The position numbers were made by a program, and so were the translations under genes. This document shows, piece after piece, positions 21,411-38,025 of a stretch of 64,000 bases of DNA (the first letter of the stretch is position 1; each line of letters opens with the position of its first letter). The DNA is from Escherichia coli (GTDB lineage Bacteria > Pseudomonadota > Gammaproteobacteria > Enterobacterales > Enterobacteriaceae), in assembly GCF_044324785.1 (NCBI RefSeq), contig NZ_CP172127.1. One strand, 5' to 3'. The notes beneath the pieces are model-generated. The model was not told where the DNA came from. It made no database searches and was given only the letters and a program-made list of their open reading frames with translations.

Positions 21411-21869
21411 TCAGCCACGACTACGTTGCACTTCCAGCCACCACTTCTCCAGCTCCGCGGCAAAGGCCTGGCGGTCACGTTGTGAAAGGCTATCTGGTCC
21501 CCCGGTCTGGATCCCACTGGCGCGTAAGGTATCCATAAAATCGCGCATCGTCAGGCGCTCACGAATGGTCGCTGGCGTGTAACGTTCGCCGCGCGGATTA
21601 AGCGCCGCAGCGCCTTTCTCGATGGCTTCAGCAGCCAAAGGTATATCTGCGGTGATCACCAAATCGCCCGCTTCACACTGCCGGACAATTTCGTTATCGG
21701 CAACGTCGAAACCTGCCGCGACGCGCAGCGTACGAATAAATCGCGATGGCGGCACGCGTAAACTCTGGTTTGCTACCAGTACCAGCGGCATCTGCATACG
21801 TTCCGCCGCGCGATACAAAATCTCTTTAATTACATTGGGACACGCGTCGGCATCCACCCAAATTGTCAT
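21411..21869 (-). CDS. yaiI: UPF0178 family protein YaiI
   Basis: [50 protein letters not shown]... recognised as YaiI; internal Met chosen to give 152 aa. Confidence 0.88.
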   Translation of the reverse strand: MTIWVDADACPNVIKEILYRAAERMQMPLVLVANQSLRVPPSRFIRTLRVAAGFDVADNEIVRQCEAGDLVITADIPLAAEAIEKGAAALNPRGERYTPATIRERLTMRDFMDTLRASGIQTGGPDSLSQRDRQAFAAELEKWWLEVQRSRG

Positions 21870-21988
21870 AAAGTCATCCTTTGTTGGGTAATCCTCTATT
21901 GTGTCGCGCTTTTGCCTTCCGGCATAGTTCTGTTTATGCTTCTGCCAGCGATTATCAAAACAATGAATTTCACGGCAGGAGTGAGGCA

Positions 21989-22798
21989 ATGGAAAAGAAA
22001 ATCGGTTTTATTGGCTGCGGCAATATGGGAAAAGCCATTCTCGGCGGTCTGATTGCCAGCGGTCAGGTGCTTCCAGGGCAAATCTGGGTATATACCCCCT
22101 CCCCGGATAAAGTCGCCGCCCTGCATGACCAGTTCGGCATCAACGCCGCAGAATCGGCGCAAGAAGTGGCGCAAATCGCCGACATCATTTTTGCCGCCGT
22201 TAAACCTGGCATCATGATTAAAGTGCTTAGCGAAATCACCTCCAGCCTGAATAAAGACTCTCTGGTCGTTTCTATTGCTGCAGGTATCACACTCGACCAG
22301 CTTGCCCGCGCGCTGGGCCATGACCGGAAAATTATCCGCGCCATGCCGAACACTCCCGCGCTGGTTAATGCCGGGATGACCTCCGTAACGCCAAACGCGC
22401 TGGTAACCCCAGAAGATACCGCTGATGTGCTGAATATTTTCCGCTGCTTTGGCGAAGCAGAAGTAATTGCTGAGCCGATGATCCACCCGGTGGTCGGTGT
22501 GAGCGGTTCTTCACCAGCCTACGTCTTTATGTTTATCGAAGCGATGGCCGACGCCGCCGTGCTGGGCGGGATGCCACGCGCCCAGGCGTATAAATTTGCC
22601 GCTCAGGCGGTAATGGGCTCCGCAAAAATGGTGCTGGAAACGGGAGAACATCCGGGGACACTGAAAGATATGGTCTGCTCACCGGGAGGCACCACCATTG
22701 AGGCGGTACGCGTACTGGAAGAGAAAGGCTTCCGTGCCGCAGTGATCGAAGCGATGACGAAGTGTATGGAAAAATCAGAAAAACTCAGCAAATCCTGA
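21989..22798 (+). CDS. proC: Pyrroline-5-carboxylate reductase
   Basis: [45 protein letters not shown]... recognised as ProC (269 aa); Rossmann GxGxxG motif. Confidence 0.95.
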   Translation: MEKKIGFIGCGNMGKAILGGLIASGQVLPGQIWVYTPSPDKVAALHDQFGINAAESAQEVAQIADIIFAAVKPGIMIKVLSEITSSLNKDSLVVSIAAGITLDQLARALGHDRKIIRAMPNTPALVNAGMTSVTPNALVTPEDTADVLNIFRCFGEAEVIAEPMIHPVVGVSGSSPAYVFMFIEAMADAAVLGGMPRAQAYKFAAQAVMGSAKMVLETGEHPGTLKDMVCSPGGTTIEAVRVLEEKGFRAAVIEAMTKCMEKSEKLSKS

Positions 22799-22814
22799 TG
22801 ATTTTTGCCGGACG

Positions 22815-23930
22815 TCAGGCCGCCACTTCGGTGCGGTTACGTCCGGCTTTCTTTGCTTTGTAGAGCGCCAAATCTGCCGATTTCAACCACTCGCGATAGT
22901 GACTCATTTGTGGATTCAGCGGCGCAACCCCCACACTAATCCGTAATGTTACCTGTGGCGTATTCGGCAAACGTAACGTGTTTAGCCCTTCATGAACCCG
23001 TAACATGGCGGTAATGGCGCTCTCAGCTGGTGTACCGGACATGATTACCGCAAACTCATCGCCGCCAAACCGACCAATCACATCGCTACCGCGCAGGGTA
23101 ATTTGTAACTGTCGGGTAAGCGCCACAATCGCTTCATCGCCCACATCATGGCCCCAGGTATCGTTGATGCTCTTGAAATGGTCGATATCGATAATCAGTA
23201 ACGTTGCATCGCGATTATGCCGCCGACAGTTATCAAATTCATTGCGTAACATAGTTTCCCAATGACGTCGGTTATACACGCCCGTCATGCCGTCGCGGGT
23301 ACTCATGACCTGCAACCTGCGTTTATGTTCCGCCAGTTTGGTTGCCGTCTGGTAGCTGACCCAGCCAAACAGCAGAGGATAAATGACAATAATGGGAAGG
23401 GAGAGCCACCATTCCAGCGGCGCACTATTGAACGACACGGTGATGCCCGTCAGTTCGAGGGTGACAAGGCAGGAAACCACCATCAACACCAGACCCGCGA
23501 CAAACAGACGGGGGCCGCCTGCCCCCATCAAATTCAGACACATAATCATCAACATCGCGGTGGAAGGCAGCACGTTTACGCCCATTACGCCTACCCACAT
23601 TCCCGCTAATACTGCATCGGTTTTTAAGTTGTAAATTTCCCGGCTAAGCGGATCGACGGCCCTGCTCGCTATCTGCCAGGCTAAATGCGGCCAGACGAAC
23701 GCCCAGCCGACCAACACCAGCCACCACCAGCCCGGCGGCGGGTGCGAAACCAGTGTTGAAGCAATCGGTAAGAACATGCCAGCCAGGCCAACCGCGCGGG
23801 GTAGTCTGACGCGACGGGCGAAGCGCAGCCCGGATCGCTGATGTTCGTTTTGAGGAGTTAAAGGAGGTTCCTCCCCATGCGCCGCCGCTTTTTTGAAAAA
23901 GTTTTCATCATTCATTATTTTTGGGAACAT
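22815..23930 (-). CDS. dgcC: Diguanylate cyclase (membrane-anchored GGDEF protein; AdrA/YaiC)
   Basis: 371-aa ORF with N-terminal membrane segments and a C-terminal GGDEF domain (RFGGDEFAVIM); recognised as DgcC/AdrA. Confidence 0.92.
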   Translation of the reverse strand: MFPKIMNDENFFKKAAAHGEEPPLTPQNEHQRSGLRFARRVRLPRAVGLAGMFLPIASTLVSHPPPGWWWLVLVGWAFVWPHLAWQIASRAVDPLSREIYNLKTDAVLAGMWVGVMGVNVLPSTAMLMIMCLNLMGAGGPRLFVAGLVLMVVSCLVTLELTGITVSFNSAPLEWWLSLPIIVIYPLLFGWVSYQTATKLAEHKRRLQVMSTRDGMTGVYNRRHWETMLRNEFDNCRRHNRDATLLIIDIDHFKSINDTWGHDVGDEAIVALTRQLQITLRGSDVIGRFGGDEFAVIMSGTPAESAITAMLRVHEGLNTLRLPNTPQVTLRISVGVAPLNPQMSHYREWLKSADLALYKAKKAGRNRTEVAA

Positions 23931-24031
23931 TCAGAAACAATTTTCCCAAATTATAGAGACGGGGCTAAAGGCAGAAGTATGAAATTTCGGGTGAGCCATT
24001 TTCGTAGCTCACCCGTTAGCACTATCAGGTA

Positions 24032-24352
24032 TCAGGCGGCTTTCTTGAGGCAGGCGCTCATAAACTTATTACGATCATCACCTTTCAGAGATTGTTGCGT
24101 TGCTTGATTATTACATTCGCGCATCTTTTGTTGCTGTGGCGTCAAACTTTTTTCACCAGGCGCAGACTTGCTGTTCTTCAGGCAATCACTCATGTAGGTC
24201 TTACGAGCATCCCCTTTCAACGCCTGCGCCGTCGCCTGCTGATTACAGGAGGTCATACGCTGTTGTTGCGGGGTTAAGGTTCTCTCGGCAGCGCCGACGG
24301 TGGTTAAAAAAACCAGTCCGAAAAGCAAGGTAACCAGTAATGTTATTTTCAT
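24032..24352 (-). CDS. psiF: Phosphate starvation-inducible protein PsiF
   Basis: MKITLLVTLLFGLVFLTTVGAAERTLTPQQQRMTSCNQQATAQALKGD... with signal peptide and duplicated motif; recognised as PsiF, downstream of phoA. Confidence 0.9.
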   Translation of the reverse strand: MKITLLVTLLFGLVFLTTVGAAERTLTPQQQRMTSCNQQATAQALKGDARKTYMSDCLKNSKSAPGEKSLTPQQQKMRECNNQATQQSLKGDDRNKFMSACLKKAA

Positions 24353-24470
24353 AGCACCATCCCTCTTCATGTTTTAACCATGAGCGTTTGCGCCCGTGAT
24401 CTGCCATTAAGTCTGGTTGCTAACAGCAAAAAAACCACCCGACAGCGAAAATTCACCGCCGGGCGCGGTT

Positions 24471-25886
24471 TTATTTCAGCCCCAGGGCGGCTTTCATGGT
24501 GTAGAAGAGATCGGTCTGGTCGGTCAGTCCAACGACATTGGCGGCATGTGGGCCATACGCCGCAATACGCAGCTGACTACCGGTATGTTCTTGTGAATCC
24601 TCTTCGGAGTTCCCGTAACTCATCACCATCACTGCGCCATCTTTGGTATTTAGCGCCTGGGTGAGGCCCGGCGCTTTGGTGTCCGGCGCGACAATCTGGC
24701 TGGCGTGGGCGTGATCAGCGGTGACTATGACCAGCGTGTTACCCTCCTTTTTAGCGAATTCCAGCGCACGTTGTACGGCTTCATCGAGATCGACCGTCTC
24801 GCCAATTTGCCCACAAGGATTCGCAGCGTGATCCTGTTTATCGATTGACGCACCTTCAACTTGCAGGAAAAAGCCTTTCTCATTTTTACTCAACAATTCA
24901 ATGGCTTTGTCGGTCATCTGCGCCAGGGTCGGTACGCTGTCATTACGTTGCGGATTAGGCGTACAGGTAACTGCGGGCTTGTCGATATTGCCGTGGTACG
25001 TTGCTTTCGGTCCTTGCCAGCGCACTGGCATATTGCCGTCAGCAAACAGTCCTAGCAGGGGTTTTTGCTGGTTCGCTTCCGTCACCGCATTCAGTGAGGC
25101 AGCATCGCTCACCAACTGATAACCACGCGCCTGTGCCTGTTCACGCAGCGTTTTTCCCTGCCATTCACCGGCGGTTGCCGTTTCAGCAAAGGTTTTTGCG
25201 CCGCCGCCAAGCGTAACATCGGCACGAGCGTTAAGCAGCTGTTCGGTAATCGATCCTCTCCCGCCTTTTTCTAGCGCGTTACCCGGACATTTTTCACTGG
25301 TCGCGCTGGGACCGTAGCATTTGCGCGAGGTCACATGCGCCACCAGCGCAGCGGGCGTGGCATCCTGCAACTCTGCGGTAGAAACGTTACCGGTCGCCAG
25401 ACCTGCGGCTTTTGCCATCTCCAGAATCGTTGGGTGATCTTTTTCATGAATATCGACGCCCAGCGCGCCGTTATAGGTTTTGACACCAGTTGACCAGGCG
25501 GTTGCTGATGCAGCCGAGTCGGTGACGTAGTCCGGTTTGCCGGTTTTTTTATTCAGCGCATAGTGAGTGTATTGCCCGGTAAGCGGTAATGCATCGATAC
25601 CTTTAAAAAAGCCGCCCGCACCTTCGGCATAATTGCGTGCAGCAGTAATTTCCGAGTCCCCCATCCCATCGCCAATCAGCAAAATAATATTTTTGGCAGG
25701 TTTATCGCTAAGAGAATCACGCAGAGCAGCGGTCTGATCACCCGTTAAGCGGCGAGCACCGCCGGGTGCAGTAATATCTCCCTGAGCAGCCCGGTTTTCC
25801 AGAACAGGCATTTCTGGTGTCCGGGCTTTTGTCACAGGGGTAAACAGTAACGGTAAGAGAGCCAGTGCAATAGTGCTTTGTTTCAC
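24471..25886 (-). CDS. phoA: Alkaline phosphatase
   Basis: [47 protein letters not shown]... recognised as PhoA; GTG start at 25886 taken to give 471 aa; the track ORF carries a 14-codon upstream extension. Confidence 0.96.
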   Translation of the reverse strand: MKQSTIALALLPLLFTPVTKARTPEMPVLENRAAQGDITAPGGARRLTGDQTAALRDSLSDKPAKNIILLIGDGMGDSEITAARNYAEGAGGFFKGIDALPLTGQYTHYALNKKTGKPDYVTDSAASATAWSTGVKTYNGALGVDIHEKDHPTILEMAKAAGLATGNVSTAELQDATPAALVAHVTSRKCYGPSATSEKCPGNALEKGGRGSITEQLLNARADVTLGGGAKTFAETATAGEWQGKTLREQAQARGYQLVSDAASLNAVTEANQQKPLLGLFADGNMPVRWQGPKATYHGNIDKPAVTCTPNPQRNDSVPTLAQMTDKAIELLSKNEKGFFLQVEGASIDKQDHAANPCGQIGETVDLDEAVQRALEFAKKEGNTLVIVTADHAHASQIVAPDTKAPGLTQALNTKDGAVMVMSYGNSEEDSQEHTGSQLRIAAYGPHAANVVGLTDQTDLFYTMKAALGLK

Positions 25887-25948
25887 TTTATTTTCTCCAT
25901 GTACAAATACATTAAAAAATAAAAACAAAGCGACTATAAGCCTCGGCC

Positions 25949-25966
25949 GTGACAGCTTTATGACAG
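25949..25966 (-). promoter_or_regulatory. Pho box of the phoA promoter
   Basis: Minus-strand CTGTCATAAAGCTGTCAC upstream of the phoA start, matching my memory of the phoA pho box (with one base difference from the K-12 sequence as I recall it). Confidence 0.75.
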
Positions 25967-25986
25967 CTGTTGAAAAGATTAACTTT

Positions 25987-26247
25987 TTACTGACGAGGAT
26001 GCTTCAATAACTTCTTTACATAATTGCGCAGCAGCTCCGTATCGTCGTCAGGAATGCTGGCATCGGGCTTTACCTCGTACAGTGCCCCCTCTACCTGATC
26101 AATCAACCTTTGTTGGTCATTTTGCGCCATATTGCGAAGCATTGCAGTGACGATAATCTCCAAAGCTTCTACCTGCGCGCACAGTTCTTTCGACTCTTCT
26201 TCTTTTTGGGCAAGCTTAAATAACAACTCAGCAATGAGATTTTTCAT
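25987..26247 (-). CDS. iraP: Anti-adapter protein IraP
   Basis: 86-aa [43 protein letters not shown]... recognised as IraP (YaiB). Confidence 0.93.
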   Translation of the reverse strand: MKNLIAELLFKLAQKEEESKELCAQVEALEIIVTAMLRNMAQNDQQRLIDQVEGALYEVKPDASIPDDDTELLRNYVKKLLKHPRQ

Positions 26248-26709
26248 GTCTGTATTTCCTTATCCAAAGTATGGAGAAGTTAACATTATGTTTCACAACT
26301 TCATAGTGTCTGGAAGTATTATTTTTATGACAAAGGAAATACTTTGCGCAAATATTTTTTGTTTGATTACCAGCGAAACGTTTCTCTTATTTAAATAATT
26401 ACCCACACAAAATATAGGCTTTTAATTATCAACCTTTATTATAAATAAAAGTTATGAAATATATTCTCTTCGTTAACTTATAATTAAGAGAAAAAAACTC
26501 ACTGCATGGCCATTTAAGCCAGGAATAAATTAGCTTCCCGTTCATCATTTTTGTGATCTTGCGCACATCATTGAGATAACGCACTTTCTTCACCAGTACG
26601 TTGCACGCTTTGTCAGCAGAAGATTGCAACATTCTGTCAGAAGGCCGCGAATCCCCCGTTTTGTCGTGGTAATGTATGCACTTTGTGTTAGACGGGATAG
26701 GTTTTTAAG

Positions 26710-27804
26710 ATGGAAAAACTGCGGGTAGGAATCGTTTTTGGTGGTAAATCAGCGGAACATGAAGTGTCTCTGCAATCGGCAAAAAACATTGTCGATGCCA
26801 TTGATAAAAGTCGCTTCGACGTTGTGCTGCTGGGCATTGATAAACAAGGGCAATGGCACGTCAGCGATGCCAGCAATTATCTGCTAAATGCAGACGATCC
26901 TGCCCATATTGCGTTGCGCCCTTCGGCGACCAGCCTTGCGCAGGTGCCTGGTAAACATGAACATCAGCTTATCGACGCGCAAAACGGTCAGCCGTTGCCG
27001 ACGGTGGATGTCATTTTCCCGATTGTCCACGGTACGCTGGGCGAAGATGGTTCCTTGCAGGGAATGCTGCGGGTCGCCAATTTACCGTTTGTAGGTTCTG
27101 ATGTTCTGGCTTCAGCGGCCTGTATGGATAAAGATGTCACCAAACGTCTGCTGCGCGATGCCGGGCTGAACATTGCGCCATTTATTACCCTGACGCGCGC
27201 TAATCGTCACAACATCAGTTTTGCCGAAGTGGAGTCTAAACTGGGGTTACCGCTGTTTGTAAAACCAGCTAATCAGGGCTCTTCTGTTGGTGTCAGCAAA
27301 GTAACCAGTGAAGAACAGTACGCAATTGCCGTCGATCTGGCGTTCGAGTTCGATCATAAAGTGATCGTTGAGCAAGGGATCAAAGGTCGTGAGATCGAAT
27401 GCGCAGTTCTGGGCAACGACAATCCGCAAGCCAGCACCTGTGGCGAGATCGTACTAACCAGCGATTTTTATGCCTACGACACCAAGTACATTGACGAAGA
27501 TGGCGCGAAAGTGGTAGTTCCGGCAGCCATTGCGCCAGAAATCAACGATAAGATCCGGGCGATTGCCGTTCAGGCTTATCAGACGTTGGGATGCGCAGGC
27601 ATGGCGCGTGTAGACGTGTTTTTAACCCCAGAGAACGACGTGGTGATCAACGAGATCAACACACTGCCTGGCTTCACCAACATCAGTATGTATCCGAAGC
27701 TGTGGCAAGCCAGCGGTCTGGGTTACACCGACCTGATCACCCGTTTGATTGAGCTGGCGCTGGAGCGTCACGCTGCGGATAACGCATTGAAAACCACAAT
27801 GTAA
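26710..27804 (+). CDS. ddlA: D-alanine--D-alanine ligase A
   Basis: 364-aa [50 protein letters not shown]... recognised as DdlA (ATP-grasp). Confidence 0.95.
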   Translation: MEKLRVGIVFGGKSAEHEVSLQSAKNIVDAIDKSRFDVVLLGIDKQGQWHVSDASNYLLNADDPAHIALRPSATSLAQVPGKHEHQLIDAQNGQPLPTVDVIFPIVHGTLGEDGSLQGMLRVANLPFVGSDVLASAACMDKDVTKRLLRDAGLNIAPFITLTRANRHNISFAEVESKLGLPLFVKPANQGSSVGVSKVTSEEQYAIAVDLAFEFDHKVIVEQGIKGREIECAVLGNDNPQASTCGEIVLTSDFYAYDTKYIDEDGAKVVVPAAIAPEINDKIRAIAVQAYQTLGCAGMARVDVFLTPENDVVINEINTLPGFTNISMYPKLWQASGLGYTDLITRLIELALERHAADNALKTTM

Positions 27805-27860
27805 TTTTTAAATGCCTGATAACTTTTATTGGGCATTTAAGACTGATAGCAAACGTAAGA

Positions 27861-27965
27861 TTGCCTGATGCGCTTTGCTTATCAGGCCTACCAGATAATT
27901 GCAATATACTGATTTTGCATGATTTTGTAGGCAGGGTAAGGCGTTCGCGCCGCATCCGGCAAAAA
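27861..27965. repeat. REP/BIME element between ddlA and yaiZ
   Basis: tgcctgatgcgctttgcttatcaggcctac ... aggcgttcgcgccgcatccggcaaaa: two REP units. Confidence 0.7.
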
Positions 27966-28006
27966 CAACGAGCACTTTGTCAGCCCCCAGAACGCCCAAT
28001 CCTCTG

Positions 28007-28219
28007 TTATTGGGCGTTTTCAGTTTCTTCATCGCGACGACGAATAATCAACCCCGCCAGCCAGAAACTAATCACCCACGTCACCAGACCGACGACATAG
28101 GTCTGCCAACCTTTTGCTTCAAATCCCAGTAAACCCACCACGCCATTAAGAATGAATATAAGGCCAATGGCGAACGCATAGTAGTGCCAGTCACGGCGGA
28201 TTTTTACAGGCAAGTTCAT
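28007..28219 (-). CDS. yaiZ: Small inner-membrane protein YaiZ
   Basis: MNLPVKIRRDWHYYAFAIGLIFILNGVVGLLGFEAKGWQTYVVGLVTWVISFWLAGLIIRRRDEETENAQ (70 aa, two transmembrane helices); internal Met chosen as start. Confidence 0.8.
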   Translation of the reverse strand: MNLPVKIRRDWHYYAFAIGLIFILNGVVGLLGFEAKGWQTYVVGLVTWVISFWLAGLIIRRRDEETENAQ

Positions 28220-28478
28220 GGCAGCTCCGTTAACGAAAAACAACATCCTTGCATATTCTGCAACAACCGTCTGTGGCGTAGACAACATTTCCGTAATTGT
28301 TAATAAATTTAACTTAAGGTTGTCATTTTGTGACTCACGACGAAGATTCACGCTTCGGGAATATTCCCAACATCAATTTACCATGATTCTGATATTGACA
28401 ATCTTAATGTCCTGTCAGACTTGCCATAAGCCGCTGGTATCACACCAGAAGAGAAGCAGATGACTTCCGGAGGTTTTT

Positions 28479-28787
28479 ATGGCTGATTTCACCCTGTCAA
28501 AATCGCTGTTTAGCGGAAAATATCGCAATGCCTCTTCAACGCCTGGCAATATTGCCTATGCGTTGTTTGTGCTGTTTTGCTTTTGGGCTGGGGCGCAATT
28601 GCTGAACCTATTAGTGCATGCGCCCGGCGTCTATGAGCGTTTAATGCAGGTCCAGGAAACAGGTCGCCCACGGGTGGAAATTGGTTTAGGTGTCGGCACC
28701 ATTTTCGGGCTGATCCCGTTTTTAGTAGGCTGCCTCATTTTTGCAGTGGTGGCGCTATGGCTGCACTGGCGACATCGCCGCCAGTAA
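28479..28787 (+). CDS. yaiY: Inner-membrane protein YaiY
   Basis: 102-aa [48 protein letters not shown]... recognised as YaiY. Confidence 0.85.
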
Positions 28788-28845
28788 GATTTACGTTGCC
28801 AGATAGGGCCTAAAACGCCTTATCTGGCATGACATTCCTGTTTGA

Positions 28846-29940
28846 TCACTGTTTCATACAACGCGCCCGCCGTTCGTCTACGCGCTTCGCAAACCAGGCC
28901 GTAGTCAGGTTGCGGGTGATTTTCGGGCTTTCCAGTTGAATGCCAGGCAACATTTCGCGGGGTAGTGATTTACCCGTTTTCGCTTCGGCAAGTTGATAAA
29001 CTTTCTTGTACAGCGCCGTCTCCTCAAAAGAGAAGCTGTCCCCTTTCTCTAACTGGCGGCGAATTTCACTGTCGCTCATCCCCAGTTTTCCCGCCAGTTT
29101 GCGCGTTGCCAGTTCGGTTTTCCCGGGCTCTTTACTGTCGTAACGAATTAAATCACCGTCCAGTGCCAGCTTCACGCCGCTGGCCTTACTGACCGCGTTC
29201 TGAAACGCGGCATTACGGCTGGCGTACCAGCCAGCGTTAAAATCAGCAAAACGGTATATCGGCGCGCTATAGCTGGCGGGATAATTCAGTAAATGGTAAG
29301 TACCAAACCACAACCCGCCGCGGCGACTGAAGACTTCCTGACGGACTGTACCGTCCATTTTCCACGGATACCCTTTGGTATGCTGTTCGGCAAAGGCAAT
29401 GCTGACCTGCATCGGCCCACCGGTGCGCACCGGATTAAGCGAACCAAACAACGTCTGCCCCATTGGCACCATGCTGATCAGATCGTCAAAAATCGCGCTC
29501 AATTGCTTTTCAGTACGCACCGAATCTAACCGTTCGCTATAGCTTTTGCCGTTTGGCGATTTGATTTTTAGCGCGGTATGCACCAGAAAAGCAGGAATGT
29601 GCATCCGTTCAGCACGACGGTCAATCTCTTGCCAGGCGATCTTGCTTAAGCCCGGAACGGCCGGATCTGCCTGATAATTTGACTCCTGCTGCGCCACCGC
29701 CAGCACCGAGCAGACGTTTTCCAGCGTCGGTGCCAGCCCCTGACTTTCAAACGTGGTGGCGAGATCTTTCGCCCAGGCATCGCGGTCTTTCACGCTCGCA
29801 GGCATCTTCTGCCGCACGACGCTCGCCACATCTATCGCTTTTTCGCCCTTTTTCAACGGTTGCGGAGCCTGACTACTACACCCCGCTAAAACCAGAACCG
29901 CCAACAATGACAGCGAAGATAGATGATTGACGCGCGACAT
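28846..29940 (-). CDS. yaiW: Surface-exposed outer-membrane lipoprotein YaiW
   Basis: 364-aa ORF MSRVNHLSSLSLLAVLVLAGCSS with a lipobox (LAGC); recognised as YaiW, immediately downstream of sbmA. Confidence 0.9.
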   Translation of the reverse strand: MSRVNHLSSLSLLAVLVLAGCSSQAPQPLKKGEKAIDVASVVRQKMPASVKDRDAWAKDLATTFESQGLAPTLENVCSVLAVAQQESNYQADPAVPGLSKIAWQEIDRRAERMHIPAFLVHTALKIKSPNGKSYSERLDSVRTEKQLSAIFDDLISMVPMGQTLFGSLNPVRTGGPMQVSIAFAEQHTKGYPWKMDGTVRQEVFSRRGGLWFGTYHLLNYPASYSAPIYRFADFNAGWYASRNAAFQNAVSKASGVKLALDGDLIRYDSKEPGKTELATRKLAGKLGMSDSEIRRQLEKGDSFSFEETALYKKVYQLAEAKTGKSLPREMLPGIQLESPKITRNLTTAWFAKRVDERRARCMKQ

Positions 29941-29952
29941 TACTTCTCCTTT

Positions 29953-31173
29953 TTAGCTCAAGGTATGGGTTACTTCCTGAATTTTGTCACCATCCAGCTC
30001 ATGTTCAAAGCTGCGCAGACGTTTGTAGATAGACATCAACTCAACCAGTGTGGTCCATGAGTTAATCAGGTACTGGAAAGCTCCGCGAACCTGACCAAAA
30101 ACGTTGGTAATCTGCGTCATCAGGCCGAGTGTAATCGTACCGGCAACAATTGACGGAAACAGCAAGAACAAACCGAAAACGTTATCGACCTGCAAATAGA
30201 GAATGCGGGCGATGTTGAAATACATATAGTGAAAATAGAGGCGGAAATAGTTTTTCCGTACGGCGCAAAACAGCTCGCGTACCGTAGGCGGCGTCGCGCG
30301 CGTGGCATCGTCTTCACCATAAACCAGCTCTTTACGGTAGGCAGCCTCTACTCGCTGGTTTTTAAACTCCAGCCCCGGCAGTTTGATCCCTACCACTGCC
30401 AGTAATCCGGTCCCCATCAGCGACCAGACGATAGCGGCAATCACCAGACCATACGGAATGTGCCCGACAATCGGCAGCTCCGGCACATGCGCGGAGAGCG
30501 TTACCAGCACCGGCAGGAAGGCGATCAACGTCATGATGGCGTTGATAAAACTGACGCCCATATTCTCCAGCGTTGAAGCAAAACGCATGGTGTCTTCCTG
30601 CACACGTTGGGCGGCACCTTCGATATGACGCAGTTGTTGCCAGTTCGCCATGTAATATTCGTTCATCGCTGTACGCCAGCGGAACACGTAGTGACTGACA
30701 AAGAAGTTGTTCAGCACACTGATCACTACCGCGATCAGCGCAATCCCCAGAAAGACGCCCACTTCGCGGTAAAATTGTTCGATGGTGACTTTATGCGGCG
30801 AACTTAGCGCGGTTTGAATCAGATCATAGAACGGCGCATACCAGGCGTTGACGGCGACCCCGACTTCCACCAAAAACCAGGTGACGAAGATGATCAGTGC
30901 AGTACCGAGTATTGACCAGTATTGCCAACGATGCGGGCTGTAGATAAACCAGAACAATGCAAAAAGTCCTACGCAAACAATGTAGTAAGCGTAAAAAATC
31001 AGGAAATCCAACGACCAGAAACGCGCGGCGCTAATCGGGATCTGCCCGGAAGCTCCGGTGATACGCGCCACCCAATCACCCCCACCGGCTTGCCAGAAGA
31101 TAACGGCAATCAATGCCCAAACAAAGGCCGAGAGAAAAAACGGTCCCGGCTTTGGGAAAAAAGACTTAAACAT
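29953..31173 (-). CDS. sbmA: Peptide antibiotic/peptide uptake transporter SbmA
   Basis: [40 protein letters not shown]... recognised as SbmA (406 aa from the second Met). Confidence 0.93.
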   Translation of the reverse strand: MFKSFFPKPGPFFLSAFVWALIAVIFWQAGGGDWVARITGASGQIPISAARFWSLDFLIFYAYYIVCVGLFALFWFIYSPHRWQYWSILGTALIIFVTWFLVEVGVAVNAWYAPFYDLIQTALSSPHKVTIEQFYREVGVFLGIALIAVVISVLNNFFVSHYVFRWRTAMNEYYMANWQQLRHIEGAAQRVQEDTMRFASTLENMGVSFINAIMTLIAFLPVLVTLSAHVPELPIVGHIPYGLVIAAIVWSLMGTGLLAVVGIKLPGLEFKNQRVEAAYRKELVYGEDDATRATPPTVRELFCAVRKNYFRLYFHYMYFNIARILYLQVDNVFGLFLLFPSIVAGTITLGLMTQITNVFGQVRGAFQYLINSWTTLVELMSIYKRLRSFEHELDGDKIQEVTHTLS

Positions 31174-31524
31174 ATGCACTCCTGCTAACTTCTTATCGTT
31201 TTAACAACTGCTGTGTATTAACCGCATGACCGCTACAAAGCGTCAGCCAAATGAAACCGCCCATTGTGACCCATAGCAAGGCGCTTAGTTCGCCAGCCTT
31301 GCCATAAGAATTGTTTCGACGGATTTCACAAACCAAAGATTGTTTACATAAGCGGATTAACACGCGCAGGATCACAAATGCAGGCATTGGTGAGCAGGAA
31401 AAAGATCGTGTTTACGCGCCGTTACGTTTTTAACACTATTATTGCACTAATTCGCCCTTTGCAATCCATCAATGAGTAGTATAAATACGCTCAGTTACCT
31501 TCATTCAATCTATGGACACCACCG

Positions 31525-32682
31525 TTGAAACGTAGTCTGCTTTTTTCTGCCGTGCTGTGTGCGGCGTCATTGACCTCCGTCCATGCGGCGCAGCCGATCA
31601 CTGAACCGGAGTTTGCCTCTGATATTGTCGATCGTTATGCCGATCATATTTTTTACGGCAGCGGTGCCACGGGGATGGCGCTGGTTGTTATCGACGGTAA
31701 CCAGCGCGTCTTTCGCAGTTATGGCGAAACGCGACCTGGTAATAACGTTCGCCCGCAGCTGGATTCGGTCATACGTATTGCTTCCCTCACCAAGCTAATG
31801 ACCAGTGAGATGCTGGTGAAATTGCTCGACCAGGGGACCGTGAAGTTAAACGATCCGCTAAGTAAATATGCTCCGCCAGGCGCACGCGTACCGACTTACA
31901 ATGGGACTCCCATTACGCTGGTGAATCTGGCAACCCATACCAGCGCCCTGCCCCGTGAACAGCCCGGTGGCGCGGCACATCGTCCGGTATTTGTCTGGCC
32001 AACGCGCGAGCAACGCTGGAAATACCTTTCCACTGCCAAACTAAAAGCCGCGCCGGGCAGCCAGGCCGCGTACTCCAACCTCGCATTCGATCTGCTGGCA
32101 GATGCACTGGCGAATGCGTCCGGCAAGCCTTATACCCAGTTGTTTGAAGAGCAGATTACCCGTCCATTGGGGATGAAAGACACCACCTACACCCCCTCGC
32201 CGGATCAGTGCCGCCGTTTAATGGTTGCTGAGCGCGGTGCCAGTCCGTGCAATAACACGCTGGCGGCAATTGGCAGCGGCGGAGTCTATTCCACGCCTGG
32301 CGATATGATGCGCTGGATGCAGCAGTATTTGTCATCTGATTTTTATCAGCGCAGTAACCAGGCAGATCGCATGCAGACGTTGATTTATCAGCGAGCGCAG
32401 TTTACAAAAGTGATTGGCATGGATGTCCCCGGCAAAGCGGATGCGCTTGGTTTAGGCTGGGTATATATGGCCCCGAAAGAGGGTCGTCCAGGGATTATTC
32501 AGAAGACAGGTGGTGGTGGCGGTTTCATTACCTATATGGCGATGATCCCGCAGAAGAACATTGGCGCATTTGTGGTGGTCACTCGTTCGCCATTGACGCG
32601 CTTTAAAAATATGAGCGATGGCATCAATGACCTGGTGACCGAACTGAGCGGGAATAAACCGTTGGTCATCCCCGCGTCCTGA
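31525..32682 (+). CDS. ampH: Penicillin-binding protein AmpH (class C beta-lactamase-like DD-peptidase)
   Basis: 385-aa ORF with signal peptide and SxxK motif (IASLTKLMT); recognised as AmpH. Confidence 0.93.
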   Translation: MKRSLLFSAVLCAASLTSVHAAQPITEPEFASDIVDRYADHIFYGSGATGMALVVIDGNQRVFRSYGETRPGNNVRPQLDSVIRIASLTKLMTSEMLVKLLDQGTVKLNDPLSKYAPPGARVPTYNGTPITLVNLATHTSALPREQPGGAAHRPVFVWPTREQRWKYLSTAKLKAAPGSQAAYSNLAFDLLADALANASGKPYTQLFEEQITRPLGMKDTTYTPSPDQCRRLMVAERGASPCNNTLAAIGSGGVYSTPGDMMRWMQQYLSSDFYQRSNQADRMQTLIYQRAQFTKVIGMDVPGKADALGLGWVYMAPKEGRPGIIQKTGGGGGFITYMAMIPQKNIGAFVVVTRSPLTRFKNMSDGINDLVTELSGNKPLVIPAS

Positions 32683-33365
<683 letters not shown>

Positions 33366-33379
33366 AACCTATTTCTTCA

Positions 33380-36301
<2,922 letters not shown>

Positions 36302-36452
36302 TTGTCATCCCTCCTCAGGGACGTAATAAGTTGATCCATCAATTATCAATGCATAGAAAACATATTATGTTTCGCGTTGACGATTATGCGGCGTTATAGA
36401 GGAATGGTTCAATTATTCTTTCCCCTAAGTCCGATTGCGGACATATATAAAG

Positions 36453-37647
<1,195 letters not shown>

Positions 37648-38025
37648 AAAGCACGTGAACACACACACAGAAAGAAATAACAAAAACACAATATTTCAAT
37701 ACGTTAATGAAAGCGTTAATTTTAAAACATAGACCATGAAAATATAAAACAACCATAACAGACAAATAATGTATCAATAAGCAATGAACTTTAAGTTATT
37801 CACTTTTTGAAAACGTCACCAAATCCCCAAAAACAATAATCTATGGCTATAAATAAAAATTAAAAATATTTTCAATGAATATAAATTTATTGCTATTTCT
37901 ATTACAAAGATGTCCTGGCCTCTCTTTCATTCTCTTCTTGTCAACATCGCGACAACTTTCGTAAAACATCCCCACCCTGCTTCAGGTATACTATGCCCCT
38001 CGATTCCACAAACATCAGGCAGACC

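Noticed and set aside
24353-24470. Possible hairpin/terminator between phoA and psiF (ACCGCCGGGCGCGGT followed by TTTTATTT on the plus strand)
   Set aside because: The U-tract follows the hairpin on the plus strand, where no gene ends; on the minus strand (the phoA-psiF direction) the downstream tract is weak. I could not confidently assign it as a terminator or attenuator.
26429-26632. 67-aa minus-strand ORF in the iraP-ddlA intergenic region
   Set aside because: AT-rich promoter region, no RBS, low-complexity product. K-12 as I recall has no gene here; treated as non-coding promoter DNA.
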